From Thermoplasmata archaeon UBA61 (GTDB taxonomy: Archaea > Thermoplasmatota > Thermoplasmata > Lutacidiplasmatales > UBA184): a stretch of DNA of 64,000 nt. Made by a program: the position numbers and the translations under genes. Numbering within the stretch: the stretch's first letter is position 1; each line of letters starts with the position of its first letter. The stretch lies in the NCBI GenBank assembly GCA_002503985.1, contig DASW01000007.1, positions 108,435 through 172,434 on the forward strand, written 5' to 3'. Below the pieces are notes generated by a model. That model was given only the letters and a program-made list of their open reading frames with translations. It was not told the origin of the DNA and made no database searches. Shown here piece by piece: positions 9,937 through 18,857 of this stretch.

Positions 9937-11138
9937 GGCTTCGCCCTCCGCGGGGACATGCACGCCTCCAAGATCGTCTCCGGCGAGATGACCTGTCCAC
10001 CGGGATTGCCGACGTGGACCACCTCGGCGTAGGGCCCGGCGATCCTTCGTACTTCGAGCACTACCTGGCCCAGGTTGATCTCCGCCACGACGATCTTCGT
10101 GACGTTCTTGAGCGAACGGAGCTGTTCCGCAGGGAAGGGCCAGACGGAGATCGGCCGGAACAGGCCGAGGGCGAGACCCTTCTCCCGGCCGAGGTCCACC
10201 GCTCGGCGGGCCGATCGCGCGGTGATCCCGTAGGCGACCACGAGGGTCGTCGCGTCCTCCGTCTTGTAGAGGCCGAGCCGTTCGTAGACGTCTCGGTTCT
10301 TCAGAATCTTGTCTCGCAGTCGGGGCACGAGAACCTTCTGGGCAGCGTACGTGGTGACGGGCCGCCCGTCCTCGTCGTGCGTGAGCCCGGTGAACAGGAC
10401 CGAGTATCCCTCCCCGGCGAGCGCCATGGGGGGCACCAGGTCCGGCCCGGGCCGGTAGGTATGGTACTCCTCCGGGGGGACAGTAGCTCTCGGTCGGGCG
10501 ACCAGCGGGATCTCTCCGGGAGGAGGGATGACGACCCGCTCGTGCATGTGACCCACGACCTCGTCCATCATCAGGAGGACCGGGGTCCTCAGCCGCTCCG
10601 CCACGTTGAACGCGTGAATGGTGAGGTTGAACGCCTCTTGGGGAGACTGGGGAGAGAGTGAGATCGATGTGAAGTCGCCGTGCGGGCCGAAACGGGCCTG
10701 CATCATGTCCTGCTGGCCCACGGTGGTGGGGAGACCGGTGCTCGGTCCGCCACGTTGGACGTCCACCACCACCGTGGGCACCTCCATCATGTAGGCCAGA
10801 CCGAGGTTCTCCATCATCAGGGAGAATCCCGGGCCGGAGGTCGCGGTCATGCTCTTGGCGCCCGTCACGCTCGCACCCAGGATCGCGATCATGGAGGCGA
10901 TCTCGTCCTCCATCTGGATGTACTGGCCCCCGACTTCCGGGAGCCGTTCCGCGAGCCGCTCCGCGATCTCGGTGGCGGGGGTGATAGGGTAGCCGGCGAA
11001 GAATCGGCAGCCGGCATAGAGCGCACCCTCGGCGCAGGCGTGGTCCCCGGAGAGGAACTGCGTGCCGGTACGGGGGCGGTCCCACACGGGGGAAAGGATC
11101 AGATTCGGGGGCTCGGTCACGCTCCGGGCTTCGCTCAT
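9933..11138 (-). CDS. 2-oxoacid:ferredoxin oxidoreductase alpha subunit
   Basis: KorA/PorA-like sequence. Start at MSEARS, overlapping the delta subunit stop (ATGA). Confidence 0.9.
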   Translation of the reverse strand: MSEARSVTEPPNLILSPVWDRPRTGTQFLSGDHACAEGALYAGCRFFAGYPITPATEIAERLAERLPEVGGQYIQMEDEIASMIAILGASVTGAKSMTATSGPGFSLMMENLGLAYMMEVPTVVVDVQRGGPSTGLPTTVGQQDMMQARFGPHGDFTSISLSPQSPQEAFNLTIHAFNVAERLRTPVLLMMDEVVGHMHERVVIPPPGEIPLVARPRATVPPEEYHTYRPGPDLVPPMALAGEGYSVLFTGLTHDEDGRPVTTYAAQKVLVPRLRDKILKNRDVYERLGLYKTEDATTLVVAYGITARSARRAVDLGREKGLALGLFRPISVWPFPAEQLRSLKNVTKIVVAEINLGQVVLEVRRIAGPYAEVVHVGNPGGQVISPETILEACMSPRRAKP

Positions 11139-11428
11139 GGTGAGTCCTCCACCACGTAGATCGCATAGTCCGGGCAAACGTGCTCACAGAACCGACAGGC
11201 GATGCAGTCGCCCTCCTTCCCGGTCTTCACGCGGGCGGGTCGGTACCCCCGGGGGGTGTAGTGGTCGGAGATCTCCAGCACCTCCTCCGGGCAGAACTGG
11301 ACACAGAAATTGCACTCCTTGCACCGGAGCTCGATGACGTGGACCGTCCCGTGGTGACGGGTGGGCTTATCGATAGGAGCGCGCGACCCATGCGATGTTT
11401 GGAGGCTATTCGCGATAGCCATGTTCAC
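11135..11428 (-). CDS. 2-oxoacid:ferredoxin oxidoreductase delta subunit (2x[4Fe-4S] ferredoxin)
   Basis: Motifs CKECNFCVQFCP and CIACRFCEHVCP. First gene of the minus-strand operon. Confidence 0.85.
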   Translation of the reverse strand: MNMAIANSLQTSHGSRAPIDKPTRHHGTVHVIELRCKECNFCVQFCPEEVLEISDHYTPRGYRPARVKTGKEGDCIACRFCEHVCPDYAIYVVEDSP

Positions 11429-11519
11429 GACTCAGCGCGGGTGCGGTCGGTACAACGGGGGGCCAAGGCCATCCCGGGCGTCGTTACCACGATAAGCACA
11501 GGTTGGTACGGAACGCATG

Positions 11520-11580
11520 AGCGCGTAGTCAAGCTATATTGACGCACGGGAACCGCTTAATCCTTCGGAATCAGGACCCG
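11520..11580. promoter_or_regulatory. AT-richer divergent intergenic segment (candidate promoters for the OFOR operon and the MFS gene)
   Basis: The sequences agctatattgac and cgcttaatcc sit in an otherwise ~65% GC context, between divergent starts at 11428 and 11643. Confidence 0.25.
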
Positions 11581-11642
11581 AGGGCAGTTCAAGGGCTCCG
11601 GAGCGCGGTACGTTCGAGTGAGTTCGTAGGGGAGAAATCGCC

Positions 11643-13268
11643 ATGATGGATGAAAGAGGAGGTCCCGAAGAGGACCAGCCGCCGCTGGCCAGCTCGACCT
11701 CTCCTACTCCCAAGACCGCCGAAACCTTCGACCGACACTACGCCAACCGCGTCATGCTACTCCTGGCCGGGGTCGTCCTCGTGGTCCTCTACATCGAGGG
11801 GATGCTCCTACCGTCCCTGAACACGATTCAGTTGGACTTCCACGTCGACGCCGCCCAGGTCACGTTGATCCTATCGGCCTACGCCGCCACGGGCGTAGCG
11901 CTCAGCCCGGTGGTCGGCAAGCTCGGGGACATCTACGGGAAGCGGAAGGTCATGATCGTGGTCATGTTCACCTACGCGGCGTCCGTCTCCGTCACCGGCT
12001 TCTCGCCCAACTTCGCTTTCATGGTAGGGGCGCGGACCATCCAGGGCGTCGGCCTGACGATCATGCCGCTCGGGATGTCGCTCATGCGGGAGGAGTTCCC
12101 CCGCGAGATGGTCCCCCGGGCCCAAGGACTCCTGAGCGCTATGTTCGGTATCGGCTTCGCGATCAGCCTTCCGCTCGGGTCGTGGGTCTCCCAGGATTAC
12201 GGGTGGCGAACGACCTACCACTCGGCGGTGCCGTTCGTGATCCTCATGGCTGTCTTGGTCTTCCTCCTGGTCAAGGAGTCCCCGTACCGCCGACCCGACA
12301 CGCGCGTCGACTATCTCGGGGCGGTATTTCTGGGCCTCAGCCTAGCGGGCATCGTGATCGCCCTTTCCCAGGGAGAGGCGTGGGGATGGACCTCGCTGAT
12401 GACCTTGGGCTTCGCCGTGTTCGGGGTGCTCATGGTCGTCCCGTTCGTGGTGGTCGAGAGGAGGTTGACCGTTCAGAAGCGCGAACCCATCGTCGACCAG
12501 CACCTGCTCCGAGAGAGGAACGTGGCGGTCACGAACATCGTCCTGACCGTCGCCGGTCTCGGGATGTACCTGGCGATGTTCAGTCTGATCTACCAGTTCG
12601 AGTACCCAATCGCCTCTGGGGGATACAATGCCTCGTGCACCTCGCTCCTGAACTGCAACTTTCAGATCCTCAACGCCGGTATCGATATCCTTCCGTTGGC
12701 CGTTGGGATGACCTGCTTCGCCCTGTTCACTAGCTTCGTGGTCTCCCGAGTAGGCATCAAGCCGCTCGCCCTCGCCGGTGGTCTCATCACGGCCCTAGGT
12801 TTCGTCTTGGAGGCCTACGCCCGTACGCTGGGGGTCGCTCTGGGCATCGAGGTGCTCGTCGGGGCCGGAATGGGCCTTCTCAACGCCTCGATCATCAACC
12901 TCCTGATCCTGACCGTGGACCCCAAGGACATGGGCCAGGCCACGGCGATGAACAACGTGTTCCGCAACGTGGGAGGCAGCGTGGGCGCTCCCGTCGCCGG
13001 TTCGTTCCTCTCCACGTACCTTCTGACCACGGGACCCTTCGCCGGGGTTTTCCCGGCTCACATGGCGTTCCAGTCCGTCTACTTCCTCGCCGCAGGGATC
13101 ACTGTGGCCGGGACCGTGACCGTCCTATTCGCTCAGGAAGTTCTCGGGGTCCGTCGGCACGCGAAGTTTGCCCATCACCCAATGCTACCGCGCAGGGCCT
13201 GGAGGGGCCGCGATGCGCCCGCACCGGCGGACCCGACCCCGGCGCCTCTGCTCAGTCGTGGGCCTTGA
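11643..13268 (+). CDS. MFS transporter (14-TMS, DHA2-like)
   Basis: Multiple hydrophobic helices. Motif near TM2-3: GKLGDIYGKRKV. Confidence 0.85.
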   Translation: MMDERGGPEEDQPPLASSTSPTPKTAETFDRHYANRVMLLLAGVVLVVLYIEGMLLPSLNTIQLDFHVDAAQVTLILSAYAATGVALSPVVGKLGDIYGKRKVMIVVMFTYAASVSVTGFSPNFAFMVGARTIQGVGLTIMPLGMSLMREEFPREMVPRAQGLLSAMFGIGFAISLPLGSWVSQDYGWRTTYHSAVPFVILMAVLVFLLVKESPYRRPDTRVDYLGAVFLGLSLAGIVIALSQGEAWGWTSLMTLGFAVFGVLMVVPFVVVERRLTVQKREPIVDQHLLRERNVAVTNIVLTVAGLGMYLAMFSLIYQFEYPIASGGYNASCTSLLNCNFQILNAGIDILPLAVGMTCFALFTSFVVSRVGIKPLALAGGLITALGFVLEAYARTLGVALGIEVLVGAGMGLLNASIINLLILTVDPKDMGQATAMNNVFRNVGGSVGAPVAGSFLSTYLLTTGPFAGVFPAHMAFQSVYFLAAGITVAGTVTVLFAQEVLGVRRHAKFAHHPMLPRRAWRGRDAPAPADPTPAPLLSRGP

Positions 13269-14163
13269 AGAACTCGACGAGCGTCCGCATGAAGGCCGCG
13301 CGCTCCTCCCAAAAGGGCACGTGGGAGCTCTCCTCGAAGACCATCTGACGCGCCCCGGGAATGTGGTCGCGGATCTGGCGCGCGACGTTGGGCGTGACCT
13401 CGTCGTATCGGCCGCCGGTGACCAAGGTGGGCACGTGGATTGTGGAGAGGCGGGGTGTGAGGTCGATGTCCTTGATCGTTCCCGTGATCGTGAACTCGTT
13501 CGGCCCGTTCATCCGCTCGTAGACGTCGGGGTTGGTCTCGGCGAGCGCGCGGGTAAGCTCCGGCGGGAACACCGGCAGTCGGCAGAGATGACGGTGATAG
13601 AACTCGTCCACGGCCTGGAGGTATTCCGGGTGATGGAACTCGCCGAGGCGGCCGTACTTCTCAATGACCGCGCGGGTCCCCTCGGGGAGCTCCCCGATCA
13701 ACCGCCACATCTCGGCAGTGGTGAACGGGACGTCAGCGAGGCCACCGATCGTCACGAGGGTCTTGAGGTGGTCTTGATGTTGGATCGCGTACGCGAGCGC
13801 GAGGAGCCCTCCGTAGCTCGAGCCCACGAGGTGGACCCGGCCGAGGTCGAGCGCTCGGCGCACTCCCTCGACCTCCTGGACGTTATGCTCGAGCGTGTAG
13901 ACCGAGGGGTCGGGGGACCGCTCGGACTTCCCGCATCCGACCTGGTCCATGAACACCACGCGATAACCGTGGTCCGTCAGGTCGGCGAGAGGGACGAGGT
14001 ACTCGTGGTGCGCCCCCGGCCCTCCGTGGAGGGCGAGCACCGTGCTCGTGTAGGAAGCGGGTTCGAACGTTCGATAGTAGACCCGAAAGCCTGCCGACGC
14101 CACGAAGCCCTCGTATTCGCGAACGGTCACGCCCCCGGGAAACGCCCTCGAAGAAAAGGTCAT
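13252..14163 (-). CDS. proline iminopeptidase-like alpha/beta hydrolase
   Basis: Motifs HGGPG and GSSYGG (nucleophile elbow). ~300 aa from the MTFSS start; the upstream extension in the ORF track is low-complexity. Confidence 0.8.
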   Translation of the reverse strand: MTFSSRAFPGGVTVREYEGFVASAGFRVYYRTFEPASYTSTVLALHGGPGAHHEYLVPLADLTDHGYRVVFMDQVGCGKSERSPDPSVYTLEHNVQEVEGVRRALDLGRVHLVGSSYGGLLALAYAIQHQDHLKTLVTIGGLADVPFTTAEMWRLIGELPEGTRAVIEKYGRLGEFHHPEYLQAVDEFYHRHLCRLPVFPPELTRALAETNPDVYERMNGPNEFTITGTIKDIDLTPRLSTIHVPTLVTGGRYDEVTPNVARQIRDHIPGARQMVFEESSHVPFWEERAAFMRTLVEFFKAHD

Positions 14164-14277
14164 GCCGAGGTGAGAGAAGACGCGAGCTTCGGCGTGTCCG
14201 GGAGGCCGGACGGCCTTCCCCCGGCGGGGCTGGCGCGCGAACAGTTCATCATCGAGGGGTCCTCTCGCTCCTCGTCC

Positions 14278-14760
14278 ATGAAGGCGATTCAGGACTACTA
14301 TCCGGACGAGCTGGCCCACTGCCTCGGTTGCGGACGGCTGAACGAGCACGGGCACCACCTGCGAACCTTCTGGGACGGCGAGACGAGCGAAACTCGGTTC
14401 ACCCCGCAGCCGTTCCATACGGCCCTCCCCGGGTTCGTGAACGGGGGGTTGCTCGCGTCCCTCATCGACTGTCACGCGACGGGAACGGCCGCGGCCGCCG
14501 CGTACCACGCCGAGGGACGGGAGATGGACACCTTGCCGGCCCATCGGTTCGTCACCGCCTCGCTCCGGGTCGACTACCTTCGACCGACGCCGCTGGGCCC
14601 GGAGCTTCTCCTACGCGGCCACGTCCGCTCGATCTCGGGACGAAAGGTCGTGGTCGAGGTCACCGTCTCCGTCGGAGGAGAGACCACCGTACGGGGCGAG
14701 GTCATCGCGGTCGAGATGCCCGATTCGATGCGGCCACGGCCGACGAGCACCTCCTCGTGA
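14278..14760 (+). CDS. PaaI/hotdog-fold thioesterase with N-terminal Cys cluster
   Basis: MKAIQDYYPDELAHCLGCGRLNEHGHH... followed by hotdog-like GFVNGGLLASLIDCHATG. The upstream part of the ORF-track entry is antisense to the peptidase gene. Confidence 0.75.
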   Translation: MKAIQDYYPDELAHCLGCGRLNEHGHHLRTFWDGETSETRFTPQPFHTALPGFVNGGLLASLIDCHATGTAAAAAYHAEGREMDTLPAHRFVTASLRVDYLRPTPLGPELLLRGHVRSISGRKVVVEVTVSVGGETTVRGEVIAVEMPDSMRPRPTSTSS

Positions 14761-14814
14761 CCGGGATGGGCCGGGATAGGCAGCGATGAAGTACGCGGGG
14801 ACGATACGCGTTCC

Positions 14815-15801
14815 ATGAAGCCCCGTCGGCTGGGCCGTGATGGGCCCCTCGTCTCGGCGATCGGTCTCGGGTGCATGGGCATGTCGCAGTCGTACGGGCG
14901 ACCCGACGAGGCGGAGGCGGTCGCAACCCTCCATCGGGCCCTCGACCTCGGTATCACCTTCCTCGACACCGCCGACGTCTACGGCCCGTTCACGAACGAG
15001 GAGCTCGTGGGACGCGCCATCCGAGAACGGCGGGACGAGGTCTTCCTGGCGACCAAGTGCGGGCTGCTGTCCGACACGAGCGGCGGTCCGATGGGCGTGG
15101 ACGGAAGCCCGGACCACATCCGCGCGGCGTGCCACGCGAGCTTGCGCCGTCTCGGCGTTCAAACCATCGACCTCTACTACCTGCACCGGGTCGACCCCCG
15201 CACTCCGATAGAGGAGAGCGTCCGGGCCATGGCGGGCCTGGTCGACGAGGGCAAGGTGCGCTATCTCGGGCTCTCCGAGGTCTCCCCACGGACGCTCCGG
15301 CGAGCCCACGCGGTCCACCCCATCACCGCGGTGCAGAGCGAGTACTCTCTGTGGACCCGAGAGCCCGAGGCCGGCGTGCTCCCCGCGTGCCGCGAGCTCG
15401 GCGTCGGCTTCGTGCCGTTCAGCCCGCTCGGCCGCGGCTTCTTTTCCGGTACGGTTCGCACCCTTGAGGGACTTCCGGCCAACGACTTCCGTCGTCGGCT
15501 CCCCCGCTTCCAAGAGGGGAACCTCGGCGAGAACCTGGGACTGGTCGACCGCCTCGGAACGATCGCCCGTGAGAAAGGCTGCACACCCGCCCAGCTCGCC
15601 CTCGCCTGGCTCCTCGCCCAAGGGGACGACATCGTGCCGATCCCGGGCACCAAGCGCCGGAAGTTCCTCGAAGAGAACGCGGCGGCCACAGAGGTCTCGC
15701 TTTCGGCATCGGACCTCGAGCGCATCGGAGCCGCCATCCCGAAAGGTTCGGTGGCTGGGGACCGCTATTCCCCCGAGAGCTTCGCGCTCATCGAACGGTA
15801 G
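14815..15801 (+). CDS. aldo/keto reductase
   Basis: Motifs [22 protein letters not shown] are AKR family signatures. Confidence 0.9.
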   Translation: MKPRRLGRDGPLVSAIGLGCMGMSQSYGRPDEAEAVATLHRALDLGITFLDTADVYGPFTNEELVGRAIRERRDEVFLATKCGLLSDTSGGPMGVDGSPDHIRAACHASLRRLGVQTIDLYYLHRVDPRTPIEESVRAMAGLVDEGKVRYLGLSEVSPRTLRRAHAVHPITAVQSEYSLWTREPEAGVLPACRELGVGFVPFSPLGRGFFSGTVRTLEGLPANDFRRRLPRFQEGNLGENLGLVDRLGTIAREKGCTPAQLALAWLLAQGDDIVPIPGTKRRKFLEENAAATEVSLSASDLERIGAAIPKGSVAGDRYSPESFALIER

Positions 15802-15869
15802 CGCCCGAAACGGGGCCGAGCAGGACCTCGAACCGCGGGTTCAAGTGGGAGGAGGGATGTTCCACCACG

Positions 15870-16745
15870 ATGGCCGCCCGCTTCTGTTCCCACTGCGGTA
15901 GCCCCCTCGTTGCGAACAGCAGCTTCTGTGCGTCGTGCGGAGCACCGGTCGGCGGCATTCCACCGCCACCGGCTCCGCCGGGAACTCCCCCTCCGCTGAC
16001 CTTCCCCGCCCCGCCGCCCTACGCCCCCTACCCCCCGTACGCGTCGGCCTATCCGGCCGCGGGCGGAGGCCCTCCGCCCTTTGGCGAAGCAGACCGGAAT
16101 GCGCTATCCCATGTGAGCCTCGCGGCCATTTTGGGGTTGGTCGGCGCCGTGCTCATCATCGTGGTGCCGCTGTTCACCCCCTTGTTCGCCTTCACGAGTG
16201 CCTCGACGGTCGGGTCCGGGACATCCGTCTCCCTGGACCTGTCGGGGCTCTTCCTACTGGCAACCACGGGCGCCATAACGCTGGTCTTCACCGTAATCGA
16301 GCTCTGGTTCTTCCGACAGGCGTTCGGAACGCTCGCCGTCGGGGATCGACGGTTCTCGACCCCCGCCACGTTGACCTTGCTCGCCCTCCTCGCCTTGATC
16401 ATCATCGTCGTGGCAGTGGTTGCCCTGGTCGCGGTCGTGTACCAGGCGATCCTTTGTGCGGGAGTGGGGAACACCATCACCTCGACCTGCCTCAACGTCG
16501 GGGCGGCCTTGGCGATGATTGCCGTGGTGGCCATCGCGGCGATTGTCCTACTGGTAGGATACATCGGTCTTTTGATCGGGATCTGGCGGCTCGGAACGCG
16601 TTACGGACAGGGGATGTTTCAGGCCGGCGCGATCCTTCTCATATTCCCTCTATTGGGAATCGTGGGGCTCATCCTGATCCTGGTCGCGGCGCGGTCCGTA
16701 CGCGGAAAGTTCGACAGCACTGCGTACCCGATGACGTTCGGTTGA
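15870..16745 (+). CDS. membrane protein with N-terminal zinc ribbon and Pro-rich linker (DUF973-like)
   Basis: CSHCGSPL...CASCGAPV, then a poly-Pro tract, then ~5 TM helices. Confidence 0.6.
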   Translation: MAARFCSHCGSPLVANSSFCASCGAPVGGIPPPPAPPGTPPPLTFPAPPPYAPYPPYASAYPAAGGGPPPFGEADRNALSHVSLAAILGLVGAVLIIVVPLFTPLFAFTSASTVGSGTSVSLDLSGLFLLATTGAITLVFTVIELWFFRQAFGTLAVGDRRFSTPATLTLLALLALIIIVVAVVALVAVVYQAILCAGVGNTITSTCLNVGAALAMIAVVAIAAIVLLVGYIGLLIGIWRLGTRYGQGMFQAGAILLIFPLLGIVGLILILVAARSVRGKFDSTAYPMTFG

Positions 16746-16873
16746 CGTTCTGCCCCCCTCGGGAGTACGCGAGCCGTGGTCCATCGAACGAAGTGGATAG
16801 CATTCTAGCTCGTTACGCGGCGGTGCGCTCGACCTAATGGGGCTCCCGGCACTTCGACGATCGGGGGAGATTC

Positions 16874-17839
16874 GTGAAGGCCGCCATCGTTCGGGAGTTC
16901 GGGCATCCTCCGTACTACGGGGACTTCGCCGAACCCACGCCGCTACCGGGCGAAACCGTGGTGTCCGTCACGGCGACGGCGGTAAGTCCTCTCGTTCGAG
17001 GACGCGCCTCCGGCGCGCACTACAGCGCGGACTCCACGCTGCCGCTCGTCCCCGGTGTGGACGGCGTAGGGCGGACCCCGGAAGGGCGACGGGTCTACTT
17101 CGGGTTCCCGAGGCCGCCCTTCGGGTCGATGGCCGAGCGGGTGGCGGTATCGGCAGACCGACTGATGCCGCTCCCGGACAGCCTGGGCGACGCGACCGCC
17201 GCCGCGGCGGCGAACCCGGGCATGTCGTGTTGGGTCCCGCTCACGATTCTCGCTCCGGTCCGCCCGGGAGAGTCGGTGCTTGTCAACGGCGCCACCGGCG
17301 CTGCGGGGCGGATGGCGGTCCAGGTCGCGAAGCACCTCGGCGCGCGGAAGGTGATCGCGACCGGGCGCGACGAGGCGAAGCTCCGAACGCTACCGGAGCT
17401 GGGCGCGGACGTCGTCCTCTCCCTGGGCCAGAGCGCCGAGTCGCTGCGCGAGGCGGTGCGGAAGGAGGCGCGCGAATGCGAGGTCGGCGTCGTGCTCGAT
17501 TACCTGTGGGGCCCGCCCGCGGAGACGATCCTCTCTGCGCTCGGGGGACCGGGCGCGCCCCGAGGAGCGGCCCGCATCCGGTACGTGCATATCGGGAGCC
17601 TGGCCGGTAACACGATCTCGCTCGCAGGGGCGCCGCTCCGGAGCTCGGGCGTCGAGATCCTCGGGAGCGGCCTCGGAAGCTCGACCGACAAAGACCTCGT
17701 GACCGGCATCGGTCAGTTCTTGGAGGCCTGCGCCAGCGCACGGTTCCGGATCGCGATCGACGTCCACCCCCTTTCAGAGGTAGAGCAGGTGTGGACCCGG
17801 ACCACCGGGGAGAAACGGCTCGTCTTCCGCGTCCCGTAG
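16874..17839 (+). CDS. MDR-family Zn-independent quinone oxidoreductase/alcohol dehydrogenase-like
   Basis: MKAAIVREFG... with a GxGxxG Rossmann motif (VNGATGAAG). Confidence 0.85.
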   Translation: MKAAIVREFGHPPYYGDFAEPTPLPGETVVSVTATAVSPLVRGRASGAHYSADSTLPLVPGVDGVGRTPEGRRVYFGFPRPPFGSMAERVAVSADRLMPLPDSLGDATAAAAANPGMSCWVPLTILAPVRPGESVLVNGATGAAGRMAVQVAKHLGARKVIATGRDEAKLRTLPELGADVVLSLGQSAESLREAVRKEARECEVGVVLDYLWGPPAETILSALGGPGAPRGAARIRYVHIGSLAGNTISLAGAPLRSSGVEILGSGLGSSTDKDLVTGIGQFLEACASARFRIAIDVHPLSEVEQVWTRTTGEKRLVFRVP

Positions 17840-17940
17840 GACCGCCCTCCGCCTTCGTAGGGCTCCCGGCCCGGGCCAATTCCAAATGTGCGCCTGCGAA
17901 ACGTGGCCTATCCAGCGGACGTGGAAGGGGAGCGGGCGGA

Positions 17941-18666
17941 CTACCTGGGACCGCGGGTCCCGGAGGCGACGTCCAGGTCGACCCGCTCCCGGAGACCGAT
18001 CCAGCGATCGACGTCCAGCGTCTTGTGGGCCATCCGCACCCAGTCCGGGAAGCGGGCGGTCCCCGGGCCCTTCTTGAGTCCCGAGAACAGCACGACCAGT
18101 TCTTCCTGGTTCAGGGAGGGGAGCGTCCAGCGCATCCACGTCTCGAACAGGGAGAGTGGGAGATTATCGTAGAACTCGGCCCTCATCGCGCGGAGCTGCT
18201 CGTCCGTGAACCGCTCCCACAAGAGCGGTACCAAGGTCGCCTCCTCGTTGTTCATGTGCGAGAGGTAGAACGCGCACAGGTCGTTCACTTCGAGGTCCAG
18301 ACGGTCCCCTACCTCGACGCGACGAGCGGATGAGGTGAGGGTCAAGATCTCGTCACACGTCTTTGCGACGCCGTAGATGCGACGGGCCGCCTCAGCGTGT
18401 TCCCGCATCATCAGGTCGATGGCGTCGGGGTCGTGGACCCGCAACCGGGAGAAGATGTCGTTCTCCTCGTGGCCGGAATGAGCGCGGAGGAGGCAGAGGA
18501 TGCAGTTCGAAAGGGACCCCTCGAGGTCCTTCTTCAGTTGGGAGACGAACTGGTTCGACTCGGCCACGTCGGCGAAGTCCGTGGTCTGCAGCCGGCTTCC
18601 AAGGTCGTAGAGCATCGTACGGATGCCCTTGTGGATGGGCCGGAAGAGATTCTCTCGATCGCTCAT
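17941..18666 (-). CDS. hemerythrin HHE cation-binding domain protein
   Basis: His/Glu-rich repeats (HSGHEEND, MREHAE, HMNNEE). Start at MSDREN (18666); the upstream extension is low-complexity. Confidence 0.6.
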   Translation of the reverse strand: MSDRENLFRPIHKGIRTMLYDLGSRLQTTDFADVAESNQFVSQLKKDLEGSLSNCILCLLRAHSGHEENDIFSRLRVHDPDAIDLMMREHAEAARRIYGVAKTCDEILTLTSSARRVEVGDRLDLEVNDLCAFYLSHMNNEEATLVPLLWERFTDEQLRAMRAEFYDNLPLSLFETWMRWTLPSLNQEELVVLFSGLKKGPGTARFPDWVRMAHKTLDVDRWIGLRERVDLDVASGTRGPR

Positions 18667-18857
18667 GTCGGACGCCAGTAAGCGGGCGTGCGGTCGGGGA
18701 TGGTATAAGACCTCGTCGTCCCAGGTAAAAAGTTCTCGACGACCGACGGAGACGAGGGCGGCTCGTGAGGGCACCCTACGGCGGCTGGCTCGGGTTCCAC
18801 CGCGTGACGGACCCGGCCCTGCCATCAGGGAAACCGAACCGGAGGGTGCCCGCTAGA

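Noticed and set aside
13168-14277. N-terminal 370 aa of the ORF-track entry 13168..14760.
   Set aside because: It is antisense to the proline iminopeptidase gene and low-complexity. Only the C-terminal 160 aa, from MKAIQ at 14278, look like a real thioesterase.
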